This document shows, one piece after another, positions 1 to 8,993 of a stretch of DNA of 58,552 bases. The first letter of the stretch is position 1. The number at the start of each line of letters is the position of its first letter. This DNA is from a virus (lineage: Duplodnaviria > Caudoviricetes): positions 1 through 58,552 of the IMG/VR virus record IMGVR_UViG_3300021962_000122. One strand, written 5' to 3'. A program made the position numbers and the translations under genes. The notes below the pieces were generated by a model. The model made no database searches and had not been told where the DNA came from. It was given only the letters and a program-made list of their open reading frames with translations.

Positions 1-458
1 TGACCACCAACTTCTCCCTGCATGAACTGACCAAATCTGAGACCGCCCTGCGCATGGGCTTGGACAACACCCCCGGGCCAGTTGAGACCGAGTACCTCAA
101 AATCTTGGCTGAACGTGTTCTCCAGCCCATCCGCGATCACTTCCAAAAAGGTGTCAAGGTGAACTCTGGGTATCGCTCTCCTGACTCAAATGCAGCAGTC
201 GGAGGGTCTCGTACCTCAGACCATTGCAAGGGCCAAGCAGCCGATATAGAGATTCCCGGCGTACCAAATGCTGAGTTGGCGCAGTGGATCATGGATAATC
301 TGGACTACACCCAGTTGATTCTGGAGTTCTACACCCCCGGCATTCCTGACAGTGGTTGGGTGCATGTGAGTTACAACCCAGACAACTTAAAGAAGCAGGA
401 GTTGACCGCCATGAAAGTCGCTGGTAAAACGCAATATGTTCCCGGACTTGTAGCTTGA
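1..458 (+). CDS. Peptidase M15A-family endolysin (5' truncated)
   Basis: The frame is open from nt 3 (TTNFSLHELTKSETALR). Motifs NSGYRS, SDHCKGQAAD and GWVHVS fit the M15A Zn-peptidase. Confidence 0.85.
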   Translation, partial: TTNFSLHELTKSETALRMGLDNTPGPVETEYLKILAERVLQPIRDHFQKGVKVNSGYRSPDSNAAVGGSRTSDHCKGQAADIEIPGVPNAELAQWIMDNLDYTQLILEFYTPGIPDSGWVHVSYNPDNLKKQELTAMKVAGKTQYVPGLVA

Positions 459-462
459 TACC

Positions 463-2847
463 ATGCCCTTACAAAAAATACTGTTCAAACCCGGTGTAAA
501 CAAAGAAAACACCCGATACACCAACGAAGGCGGTTGGTATGACTGCGACAAGATTCGCTTTCGCCAAGGTACGCCTGAGAAAATTGGTGGGTGGCAGCAG
601 ATTTCTTCGTACACCTATGAAGGCACTTGCCGTTCTTTGTGGTCATGGTCTTCGTTGGGCGGCGTTACGTATGTAGGCGTTGGCACACATCTCAAGTTCT
701 ATATTGAAGAGGGCGGTGCGTATAACGACGTCACACCCCTGCGTGCAGTTCAAACAGGTTTAAACGGGCCGTTCACAGCAACTGCTGGCTCAACTACCAT
801 CACTGTGGCGGACAACTCCCACGGAGCAACCGACGGCGACTATGTAACTTTCTTTGGTGCAACGGCTCTAAGCCAACAAACCTTTACGGTCACCATTGCA
901 AGTCCAGCAGTGGTCACACCTGCTTCATACGTACCTGCAAACGGCACGGTAGTTATTTTGTCAACGACTGGCGCTTTGCCGACTGGTTTGACTGCGGGGG
1001 TGCAGTATTACGTTGTAAACGCAACAGGTTCAACATTCGAGCTTGCCAACGTGCCAAACGGTACGCCCATCAACACTTCCGGTACGCAGTCAGGTACACA
1101 CTCCGTGTACGTCAACAGTGGTCTGACAGCAGATGTCTTGAATCAAAGTTTTGCTATTACCGTGATTGACGGCAATTCATACACAATTCAAGCGCCGGTA
1201 GCTGCTGGTACGTACGATACCGGCAATGGTGGTAACCCAGTTAATGCCTACTATGAAATCCACATTGGTAGCGACACAGCACAGCCTCTTACTGGTTGGG
1301 GTGCAGGGCCTTGGGGATACGGCGCTTGGGGCATTGGCACTCCCGGTACAAGTTCTTTACGTATTTGGTGGCAGAACAATTTTGGACAGGACTTGGTGTT
1401 TGGCTACCGTGGTGGCCCGATGTATTACTGGAATGCTTCTGTTGGCACTACACCCAACCCCGTCACCATTACGATTGCTTCTCCGGGCGTGTTGACGCTC
1501 TCCAGCGGTTCTTTGATAGATGGTCAGGCTGTTGTGCTTTTGACTTCCGGTGCTTTGCCGACAGGCTTGACTTCCGGTACTGTGTATTACGTTGGTGGGG
1601 CATCAGGCTCAACTTTTAGGCTTGCCACCACATTTGCCAACGCAATTGCGGGTACGTATATCAATACATCCGGCACTCAGTCTGGTACGCAGTATCTGTC
1701 TCCCTACGGCATCCCGGTCACGTCTTTGGGCGGCGCGTCTGATGTACCCGCGCTGGTTAACTTTGCAATGGTGTCAGATGCCAGCCGATTTACGATTGCT
1801 TTTGGCTGTTCTGCTTACGCCAATGCAGACACAACAGTAGACCCCATGCTGATTCGCTGGTCTGACCAAGAATCTGTGACCAACTGGACTCCGGCTATTA
1901 CCAACCAAGCGGGGTTTATTCGCCTCTCACACGGCTCAGAAATCCTGACTGCGGTTCAGGCCCGACAAGAAATTGTTGTGTTTACAGACACCTCTCTGTA
2001 CTCTATGCAGTACCTTGGCCCACCGTACATTTGGAGTACTCAACTCCTCGGCGACAACATTTCCTTGGCTGGTTACAACACCGCAATCATTGCATCGGGT
2101 ATTGTTTATTGGATGGGTGTAGATAAATTCTACAAGTACGACGGTCGCGTTCAAACTTTGCGTTGTGATTTGCGCCAGTTCATCTACAGCAACATTAACC
2201 TTGAGCAGCAGGAGCAGTTCTTTGCTGGCACAAACGAGGGCTTCAATGAGGTCTGGTGGTTCTACTGCACGGCAAACTCAACAACAATTGACAGGTATGT
2301 GGTGTACAACTACGCCGAGGACATTTGGTATTACGGTAATTTGGGCCGAACCGCATGGCTAGATTTTGGCCTTACAAACTACCCGCTTGGCGCAACTTAT
2401 GCGCAAAACCTTGTCTATCACGAATACGGTATTGACGACAACACAACTGACACTACTCAGCCAATTGAAGCCTACATCACCTCATCGCAGTTTGACATTG
2501 GCGACGGGCATAACTTTGGGTTTGTGTGGCGTATCGTCCCTGACTTAACTTTCCGTGGCTCGTCTACTACGGGGGCAACACCACAAATCAACATGTACCT
2601 GCTACCCCTGCAAAACTCGGGTTCTGGGTACAACGATCCTGTAGAGTCCGGCAATCAATCTGTTGGTGGTGTCAGCTACGCAAATGTGGACAGGATTGGC
2701 GCGTACACAGTAGATCAATTTACTGGGCAGGTTTACACGCGAGTTCGTGGGCGTCAGATGGCTATGAAAGTGTCGTCCAACCAAATTGGCACGATGTGGC
2801 AGCTAGGCGCGCCCCGTATCGACATTCGTCCTGATGGCAGGAGGTAA
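463..2847 (+). CDS. Tail/nozzle structural protein (P22 gp10 / tail tubular B-like) with inserted beta-rich domains
   Basis: 794 aa with IRWSDQE and YWMGVDKFYKYDG propeller-like motifs, ending in RIDIRPDGRR. It lies upstream of the ejection proteins. Confidence 0.65.
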   Translation: MPLQKILFKPGVNKENTRYTNEGGWYDCDKIRFRQGTPEKIGGWQQISSYTYEGTCRSLWSWSSLGGVTYVGVGTHLKFYIEEGGAYNDVTPLRAVQTGLNGPFTATAGSTTITVADNSHGATDGDYVTFFGATALSQQTFTVTIASPAVVTPASYVPANGTVVILSTTGALPTGLTAGVQYYVVNATGSTFELANVPNGTPINTSGTQSGTHSVYVNSGLTADVLNQSFAITVIDGNSYTIQAPVAAGTYDTGNGGNPVNAYYEIHIGSDTAQPLTGWGAGPWGYGAWGIGTPGTSSLRIWWQNNFGQDLVFGYRGGPMYYWNASVGTTPNPVTITIASPGVLTLSSGSLIDGQAVVLLTSGALPTGLTSGTVYYVGGASGSTFRLATTFANAIAGTYINTSGTQSGTQYLSPYGIPVTSLGGASDVPALVNFAMVSDASRFTIAFGCSAYANADTTVDPMLIRWSDQESVTNWTPAITNQAGFIRLSHGSEILTAVQARQEIVVFTDTSLYSMQYLGPPYIWSTQLLGDNISLAGYNTAIIASGIVYWMGVDKFYKYDGRVQTLRCDLRQFIYSNINLEQQEQFFAGTNEGFNEVWWFYCTANSTTIDRYVVYNYAEDIWYYGNLGRTAWLDFGLTNYPLGATYAQNLVYHEYGIDDNTTDTTQPIEAYITSSQFDIGDGHNFGFVWRIVPDLTFRGSSTTGATPQINMYLLPLQNSGSGYNDPVESGNQSVGGVSYANVDRIGAYTVDQFTGQVYTRVRGRQMAMKVSSNQIGTMWQLGAPRIDIRPDGRR

Positions 2848-2900
2848 ATGTTCCGTCCATTCATATGTTGATACAATACAGGCTCTTACAAGGAGCTTTT

Positions 2901-3524
2901 ATGAAACTCGTAGATCGGACAGGGCAGGTTTTTGGCAAACTAATTGTTCTTGAGCAGGCTGGACGCGATAAGTTAAAAAAGGTATTGTGGCGGTGTAAGT
3001 GTAAATGTGGCAATGAGACAGTAGTTGTATCTGGAAGTTTGGTGACGGGCAATACAACATCATGCGGATGTATTACTCCAAATCTTAAACATGGTGGTTC
3101 TGGTAAGGGTTCTTACAACACATGGAGAGCAATGATTAGACGATGCACAATCCCAACAGATAAAGACTACCCGCGTTATGGCGGCGTAGGTATTTCAGTC
3201 TGCCCAGAATGGATGGAATACAAAAACTTTGTTGCTGATATGGGTGAACCAGAAGGCGATGAAACACTTGACCGGATTGATGCGTATGGAATTTATGAGC
3301 CAAGTAACTGCCGTTGGGCCGGAGTTAAAACCCAAGCTAGAAATGTCCGTATAAGACCTGACAGCACAACTAAAGTTACAGGGGTATCTAAAACAAGTTC
3401 TGGTAAATTTATAGCAAAAGTGAATGTGGGAGCGCAGGCATACTATTCAAAAGTGTTTTTGACTATAGAAGAAGCCGCTGCCGCCCGTAAAGAGCTTGAA
3501 CGTCTTCACTGGGGGATTGCGTAA
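2901..3524 (+). CDS. Free-standing HNH homing endonuclease with C-terminal AP2-like DNA-binding domain
   Basis: N-terminal WRCKCKCG...SCGC, YPRYGG, TLDRID...YEPSNCRW HNH core and C-terminal GVSK...EEAAAARK. AAGGAG RBS before ATG 2901. Confidence 0.85.
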   Translation: MKLVDRTGQVFGKLIVLEQAGRDKLKKVLWRCKCKCGNETVVVSGSLVTGNTTSCGCITPNLKHGGSGKGSYNTWRAMIRRCTIPTDKDYPRYGGVGISVCPEWMEYKNFVADMGEPEGDETLDRIDAYGIYEPSNCRWAGVKTQARNVRIRPDSTTKVTGVSKTSSGKFIAKVNVGAQAYYSKVFLTIEEAAAARKELERLHWGIA

Positions 3525-4177
3525 TGGCTACGTTTGACCCCAAAACCCTTGACTTCTTAAATCCAGTAGCGCCCAACTTGCCGTTGGCTACAAACGAATA
3601 CGAACGCCAGTACCAAGATCAGTTTGCAAACATTTTGCGCCTGTATTTCAACCAACTTGACAATACTTTCGGGGCAATTCTTGGGCCAACTGGTGGCAGG
3701 TATTTAAAGTTTCCGTATGGCGCGTTTTCAAGCGACCAAGATCAGGTGACCACGGCAAACACCGCCACACTGATGACGTTTAACACCACAGACTTTGCCA
3801 ATGATGTGTCTATCAGTTCGTCTCAGATTACGGTTGTTCATTCGGGTATATACAACTTGCAGTTCAGCGCGCAGTTCCAAAACACGGATACCGCTTTCCA
3901 AGATGTTTACATCTGGCTGAGACAAAACGGGGTAGACATCCCGGGGTCAACAGGCTTTGTGTCTATCCCAAACAGACATGCGGGAACAAATGGGCATTCA
4001 ATTGTTGGCTGGAACTATTTTTTAAGTATGGCGGCAAATGACCATGTTGAGATTTATTGGTCTGTTCCTACGGTGGACGTTACCATCCAGCATATTGCCG
4101 CGTCAGGAACCCCAACCAAGCCGTCTACCCAGTCTGTGGTAGCCACACTTTCGTTTGTCTCTTCGCTTCCAACATGA
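3524..4177 (+). CDS. Putative virion protein (N-terminal helix plus beta-sandwich, C1q-like)
   Basis: APNLP...LRLYFNQLD N-terminus and GIYNLQFSAQ beta domain. Translationally coupled on both sides. Confidence 0.5.
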   Translation: MATFDPKTLDFLNPVAPNLPLATNEYERQYQDQFANILRLYFNQLDNTFGAILGPTGGRYLKFPYGAFSSDQDQVTTANTATLMTFNTTDFANDVSISSSQITVVHSGIYNLQFSAQFQNTDTAFQDVYIWLRQNGVDIPGSTGFVSIPNRHAGTNGHSIVGWNYFLSMAANDHVEIYWSVPTVDVTIQHIAASGTPTKPSTQSVVATLSFVSSLPT

Positions 4178-4497
4178 CTCACACAACCAGTACCCCCACT
4201 GACTACGTCCAGTTTGACGAAGTCGACGACATTTGGATTCGGTCGTACACCATTGAGAAAGCGGGCTGCGGTTTATCCCAACACGTCCACGAACACCCCC
4301 ACGCCACCCTTGTTTCTCGGGGTACTATTCAAGCTTGGCAGGACGGGGAAAATATCGGACAATTCACTGCCCCTGCGGTGCTCACGATTCCGGCTGGCAA
4401 AAAACACATGTTCAAAGCGCTGACAGATGATGTGGTGCTTTGTTGTCTACATAATTTGCGTGGGACTGGCCTCGAGTCACCCAAATTCAAGGAGTAA
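4174..4497 (+). CDS. Cupin-fold protein
   Basis: HVHEHPH motif 1 and IPAGKKHMF motif 2. ATGA overlap with the upstream stop. Confidence 0.7.
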   Translation: MTHTTSTPTDYVQFDEVDDIWIRSYTIEKAGCGLSQHVHEHPHATLVSRGTIQAWQDGENIGQFTAPAVLTIPAGKKHMFKALTDDVVLCCLHNLRGTGLESPKFKE

Positions 4498-4500
4498 TTT

Positions 4501-5853
4501 ATGCCCGCATTGCTTATGACCGCCGCCGAGATTGCAGCAGCCGAAGCTGCCGCAGCGCAAATCCTTGCCGCCCAACAAGCCGCAGCCGCCACCGCAGCCG
4601 CAACAGCCGAAGCTGCACAAATTGCACAAGCTGCACAAGCTGCACAAGCTGCACAAGCTGCACAAGCTGCTCAAGCTGCTCAAGCTGCTCAAGCTGCTCA
4701 AGCTGCTCAAGCAGGTACGCAAGCTGCTGCACAAGCAGGTACACAGGCTGCAACACAAGCTGCAACACAAGCATCAACAAACGGTATTCAAGCACTGGCG
4801 CAAGAGGTGGGTGTCAGTGCGCAGCCCACAGGGATTGAGCAAGTTTTTCAACAAGCACAAGCAAACAACATCCCAATGTCGCAAGAGCAGTTTCTAAACA
4901 ACTCTTTTGCTGGCCAAGGGCAATACGTTGATTTAAGTGGGGCGCCTGCTGGACAAGTTTCTCCCAACCCCATTACTTCCGTAGAACTCCAACCAACATC
5001 AGTTACGCATAATCTTGATCCCGTACAACAAATCCAATCACAATCAGTTGACTTTGGCGAGGGCGTTGGAGAGACTCTTGGGCGAGGGTCTTATGCTTCA
5101 CCATCCGCACCTCCTGCCGCACCTCCTAATACTACTTATAGTGCTTTGGCGGATAAATACGGTTTAGATACTAGTGTTGGAATTAATCCCAAAGGTGCAG
5201 AAACGCTTAAACTCCAACCGTCAGGAGACCCTTTCTACAACATCAATTCTGGGCACATCGACCAAACATTGGGTAGACCGGGTTTTGGTATTACCGATGT
5301 AGCGGTTGAACCTAGTGCAATGAGTTCTAACTTGCCCGCACAACCAGCGACTGGACTGCAAGGGCTGATAGACAAAAGTCTGGCATATGCACAAGCAAAC
5401 CCCTTGCAAACCGGTTTTGGTGCAATGTCTCTTTACAACATGCTCAATCAACCTAAGCCGTACGAAAAGCCAAAGTACAAATCTACATTTGACCCCAGCA
5501 CTTACAGGCCATACGAACCCACACCACCTAACCCTCCGTACCGCGCTCGGTATGCGCAAGGCGGCATCGCCGATCTTGGCGGTTACTCAGACTACGCCCG
5601 TGGTGGGCGCATGCTCAAAGGGCCGGGAGACGGCATGTCTGACGACATACCTGCGACAATTGCCGACAAGCAACCCGCACGTTTGGCCAACGAAGAGTTT
5701 GTGATTCCTGCCGATGTGGTCTCTCACCTTGGTAATGGCTCGTCTGAAGCTGGCGCTAAAGCGTTGTACAAGATGATGGACAGAGTTCGTCAAGCACGCA
5801 CAGGCACCAAGAAACAAGGCAAACAGATTAACCCTGAGAAGTACCTCGCTTAA
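4501..5853 (+). CDS. Putative internal virion/ejection protein with AAQ repeat
   Basis: Ala/Gln-rich N-terminus and C-terminal GPGDGMSDDIPA...EFVIPADVVSHLGNGSSEAGA domain. GGAG RBS. Confidence 0.6.
   Translation: MPALLMTAAEIAAAEAAAAQILAAQQAAAATAAATAEAAQIAQAAQAAQAAQAAQAAQAAQAAQAAQAAQAGTQAAAQAGTQAATQAATQASTNGIQALAQEVGVSAQPTGIEQVFQQAQANNIPMSQEQFLNNSFAGQGQYVDLSGAPAGQVSPNPITSVELQPTSVTHNLDPVQQIQSQSVDFGEGVGETLGRGSYASPSAPPAAPPNTTYSALADKYGLDTSVGINPKGAETLKLQPSGDPFYNINSGHIDQTLGRPGFGITDVAVEPSAMSSNLPAQPATGLQGLIDKSLAYAQANPLQTGFGAMSLYNMLNQPKPYEKPKYKSTFDPSTYRPYEPTPPNPPYRARYAQGGIADLGGYSDYARGGRMLKGPGDGMSDDIPATIADKQPARLANEEFVIPADVVSHLGNGSSEAGAKALYKMMDRVRQARTGTKKQGKQINPEKYLA
4612..4710 (+). repeat. 9-bp tandem repeat, 11 units (GCTGCACAA / GCTGCTCAA), encoding AAQ
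   Basis: Read directly: one GCTGCACAA, one ATTGCACAA, four GCTGCACAA, five GCTGCTCAA. Confidence 0.95.
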
Positions 5854-5855
5854 CC

Positions 5856-6263
5856 ATGCCACTGTATCAAATACGCCCAAATGAACTGCCACAAGTGTGG
5901 CCCGTGGCTGCGCCATTGCTGCAAAAAGCAATTGACATTGATCCAAGCGAAATCACTATAGAACAAGTAGAGTACGCAGTGCGTACAGGAAAAATTTTTT
6001 TACTTATATGGGAAGAACCTGAAGTGGGTATTACAGGAGCTGTTACTGTTGAGTTCATGGATTACCCACGCGAGCGCGTAGCGCACGTCAATTTAATGGG
6101 CGGTAAAGGGATTGTCAGAGAGCACGTTTTTGAAGAAGCCAAACAATGGATGCGCAGTTTTGGCGCAACAAAAGCGCAATGCTGGGCAAAAGGTTCTTTG
6201 GTGCAAATGTATGAAAAGATGGGTATGAAAAACACTCACCAAGTGATGAGGATTAAATTATGA
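5856..6263 (+). CDS. Small GNAT-like protein in the ejection-protein block
   Basis: 135 aa with an alpha/beta pattern resembling acetyltransferase folds (EEAKQWMRSFGATK...MYEKMG). The position is typical of podovirus virion blocks. Confidence 0.45.
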   Translation: MPLYQIRPNELPQVWPVAAPLLQKAIDIDPSEITIEQVEYAVRTGKIFLLIWEEPEVGITGAVTVEFMDYPRERVAHVNLMGGKGIVREHVFEEAKQWMRSFGATKAQCWAKGSLVQMYEKMGMKNTHQVMRIKL

Positions 6264-7192
6264 GCATCGTCAAAGAGTTATTCAATTGGTTGACTGGTCA
6301 ACAATTCATTACGTATTTTGGTGGAGGCGGTGGCGGGGGCCAACCAAACACCACATACTCACAGACGTCAAACATTCCTGAGTATGCGCAGCCCTATGTT
6401 GAACGGATGTTGGGTGCTGCACAAGGGGAAATCTTCAGCCCTGACGGTACAAGCATCAGACCGTACAAACCTTTCAGCACCGACCCCAACGCGTACTTTG
6501 CTGAGTTTTCTCCTTTGCAACAGCAAGCACAGCAAAACATCGGGTCTATGCAAGCCGGGCCACAGGGATTTCAAAGCGGTGTCGGTGCGTACATGTCTCC
6601 GTATGCTCAGTTAGCACTTCAACCACAGTTGCAGTCTGCTGCAAGACAGTCGGCTATCCAAGGGCAACAGCAACAAGCGCAAGCGACGCAAGCCGGGGCT
6701 TTTGGTGGTGGGCGTGATGCAATCATGCGAGCCGAGCGTGAACGCGCTCTTGGTGATACACAAGCCAACATCATGGCTCAGGGTATGCAGGCTGCGTACG
6801 ACCGCGCTCAAGAACAATACAACACTGGGTTTGGCCAACAAATGAGCCTTAGCCAATTGCAGAACCAGTACGGTGCACAACAGCAAGCGTTGGAGCAGTC
6901 AAAAATCAATCAGCAAATTCAAGACTACGCGACTGCACAGCAGTACCCCATGTTGCAGTTAGCAAACATGAATGCTCTGACACGCGGTTTGCCAATGCAA
7001 GCAGCCACCACAAGCGTTTATCAAGCTGCACCAAGCATTGGTTCGCAGTTGGCTGGTTTAGGTACGGCAGCCTATGGGTTGTCTCAGCTTGGTAGCACAG
7101 GCTCGGTTGCAGGCAAAGCCAAAGGCGGCTCAGTCAAAGAAAAGAAACGACCAGCCGGTTTGGCTGAGTTGGCACTGATGAAAATGCAGTAA
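6260..7192 (+). CDS. Putative DNA-transfer/ejection protein
   Basis: Poly-Gly N-terminal stretch, Gln-rich body, YMSPY and AGAFGGGR motifs. Confidence 0.6.
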   Translation: MSIVKELFNWLTGQQFITYFGGGGGGGQPNTTYSQTSNIPEYAQPYVERMLGAAQGEIFSPDGTSIRPYKPFSTDPNAYFAEFSPLQQQAQQNIGSMQAGPQGFQSGVGAYMSPYAQLALQPQLQSAARQSAIQGQQQQAQATQAGAFGGGRDAIMRAERERALGDTQANIMAQGMQAAYDRAQEQYNTGFGQQMSLSQLQNQYGAQQQALEQSKINQQIQDYATAQQYPMLQLANMNALTRGLPMQAATTSVYQAAPSIGSQLAGLGTAAYGLSQLGSTGSVAGKAKGGSVKEKKRPAGLAELALMKMQ

Positions 7193-7201
7193 GGAACACT
7201 C

Positions 7202-8917
7202 ATGCTTAACGTAAAAACTCTCACCGACACGTTGTCTCGCATGCAGTTGCCTGAGTTATACAACTACGCAACAGTAAATAAAAACGATCCTTACATTGTT
7301 TCATTGGCGCTGTCTATTGCAAACCAAAAGAAACAAGCGGACATTGCCAAGCGAGGGCAGGCCGGTATGACACCTCAACCAAAAGTGGTTGACCAAGCAC
7401 TGGCACAAATGATGGCCCCTCCTCCACAACAGATGGCTGCTGCACCGCAGCAACAAATGCTTCCCGAAGATACGGGCATTGGTCAACTCCCCGCCCAGAA
7501 CATGCAGAACATGGCTGAAGGCGGCATTGTGGCGTTTGAAAATGGTGGTAGTGTGCCGGGGTATGCGGCAGGTGTTTTTACGGGCAACCCAGAAGAATAC
7601 ATTTACACCGGAGGTATTGGGCAACCTTTTTACATTGATGTGCCTTCTTACAATCCACGCAAACCTGTTGATCCTGCTGTAGCCGCTTTAAAAGGACGCA
7701 AATTTGCTACCAAAGAAGAAGCGATTGCGGCAATCAACGCACTTTCAAATCCAGCAGCTGCTCGCCCATCTGGGCCGTTTGACTATCCCGTTGGTGCCAA
7801 AGTTGATCTTCCTAAACCAGTCAACATTCCGCCCCCTCCACCTCTACCTGCGGCTGCACCTAAACCTGTTGCTGCGGCCAAACCCGCTGCTCCCGCTGCG
7901 CCTGTTCCTGCGCCAGCTCCAGTTGACCCTATGGCAGGCATCAAAGCCTTGGATACAACACCAATAACTGCCGCAGAAGCAAAGAAACAAGCCGCAGAGC
8001 TGTCAGACTCAACAGAATTGCGCAAACAACTGGAGGCAAACGAAAAGTTCACCACAGACGCATACGACAAATTGCTGGGAAACTACGAAAAGAAAATTGC
8101 GGAAATGCCAGAAGCCTATAAAGGCTACGAAGCACGTTTGCAAAAAGAAGAAGCTGAAGCTGCAACAGACAAAGACAAAGCGTTGGGCATGGCTATTTTT
8201 CAAGCAGGCCTTGGCATGATGTCTGGTACTTCTCAATACGCGTTTGAAAATATTGGTAAAGGTGCTTTGGCTGGTTTGGAGAACTATCAATCTGCGTTGA
8301 AAGACTTGAAGAAAGCCCAACGTGAAAGAGACAAAGCGTTTGCGGATATTGAAGCCGCACGTCTGGCTGAGAAACGCGGAGACATCAAAACACATACTGA
8401 ACTGCAAGCCAGAGGTATTGAAGCTTTAAGCACGGCTAAGAACCGCACCGTTGAAGCTACCAGCAAAATCTTTGATGTAGACACACGTACAGCCACCGGC
8501 ATCTTTGAGAAAAGACTCAGCGAAAGTTTAATGAATCAGCGCACCATGTACACATCTGCTGTGGACATTGGTAAACAGAGAATGTCTGATGAAGCAGCAC
8601 GGCAACGAGACTTAGTAAACAATGCTGCCGCACTCGAACGTACAAAAATCCAAGCCAGCGCACCTACAGGTATTGAACGCATACTCTCTAACCCAAAACT
8701 TCTTGCTGCGTACAAAGACTATGCCACGGCTGGCACAGAGACAAAAGGCATCAACGCTTTTGCATTAGAGGCAATCAAAGACCCGTCGTTGTTGCCGCGC
8801 CTCGAAGCCGGTTCAGCGCAAGACCGTCAATTGGCTGCATCCATCAAACAACATATGCAGTCCATGATGATTTCTCCAGTCAATTTGCCGGGGGGCGCTG
8901 CAAACTTACGCCCATAA
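7202..8917 (+). CDS. Putative internal virion protein
   Basis: 571 aa with Pro/Ala linker and coiled coils, located between ejection genes. AAGGA RBS. Confidence 0.55.
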   Translation: MLNVKTLTDTLSRMQLPELYNYATVNKNDPYIVSLALSIANQKKQADIAKRGQAGMTPQPKVVDQALAQMMAPPPQQMAAAPQQQMLPEDTGIGQLPAQNMQNMAEGGIVAFENGGSVPGYAAGVFTGNPEEYIYTGGIGQPFYIDVPSYNPRKPVDPAVAALKGRKFATKEEAIAAINALSNPAAARPSGPFDYPVGAKVDLPKPVNIPPPPPLPAAAPKPVAAAKPAAPAAPVPAPAPVDPMAGIKALDTTPITAAEAKKQAAELSDSTELRKQLEANEKFTTDAYDKLLGNYEKKIAEMPEAYKGYEARLQKEEAEAATDKDKALGMAIFQAGLGMMSGTSQYAFENIGKGALAGLENYQSALKDLKKAQRERDKAFADIEAARLAEKRGDIKTHTELQARGIEALSTAKNRTVEATSKIFDVDTRTATGIFEKRLSESLMNQRTMYTSAVDIGKQRMSDEAARQRDLVNNAAALERTKIQASAPTGIERILSNPKLLAAYKDYATAGTETKGINAFALEAIKDPSLLPRLEAGSAQDRQLAASIKQHMQSMMISPVNLPGGAANLRP

Positions 8918-8993
8918 AGGGTAAACTTCCACAACCGCAAGTAGTTCGGCCTGCTGCGGTTGTAAGACCAAGCCGCACAATTCGGAAAAAACT

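Noticed and set aside
4477-4897. Alternative-frame ORFs with LHK, LEQ and SLC repeats
   Set aside because: They are shadows of the AAQ tandem repeat.
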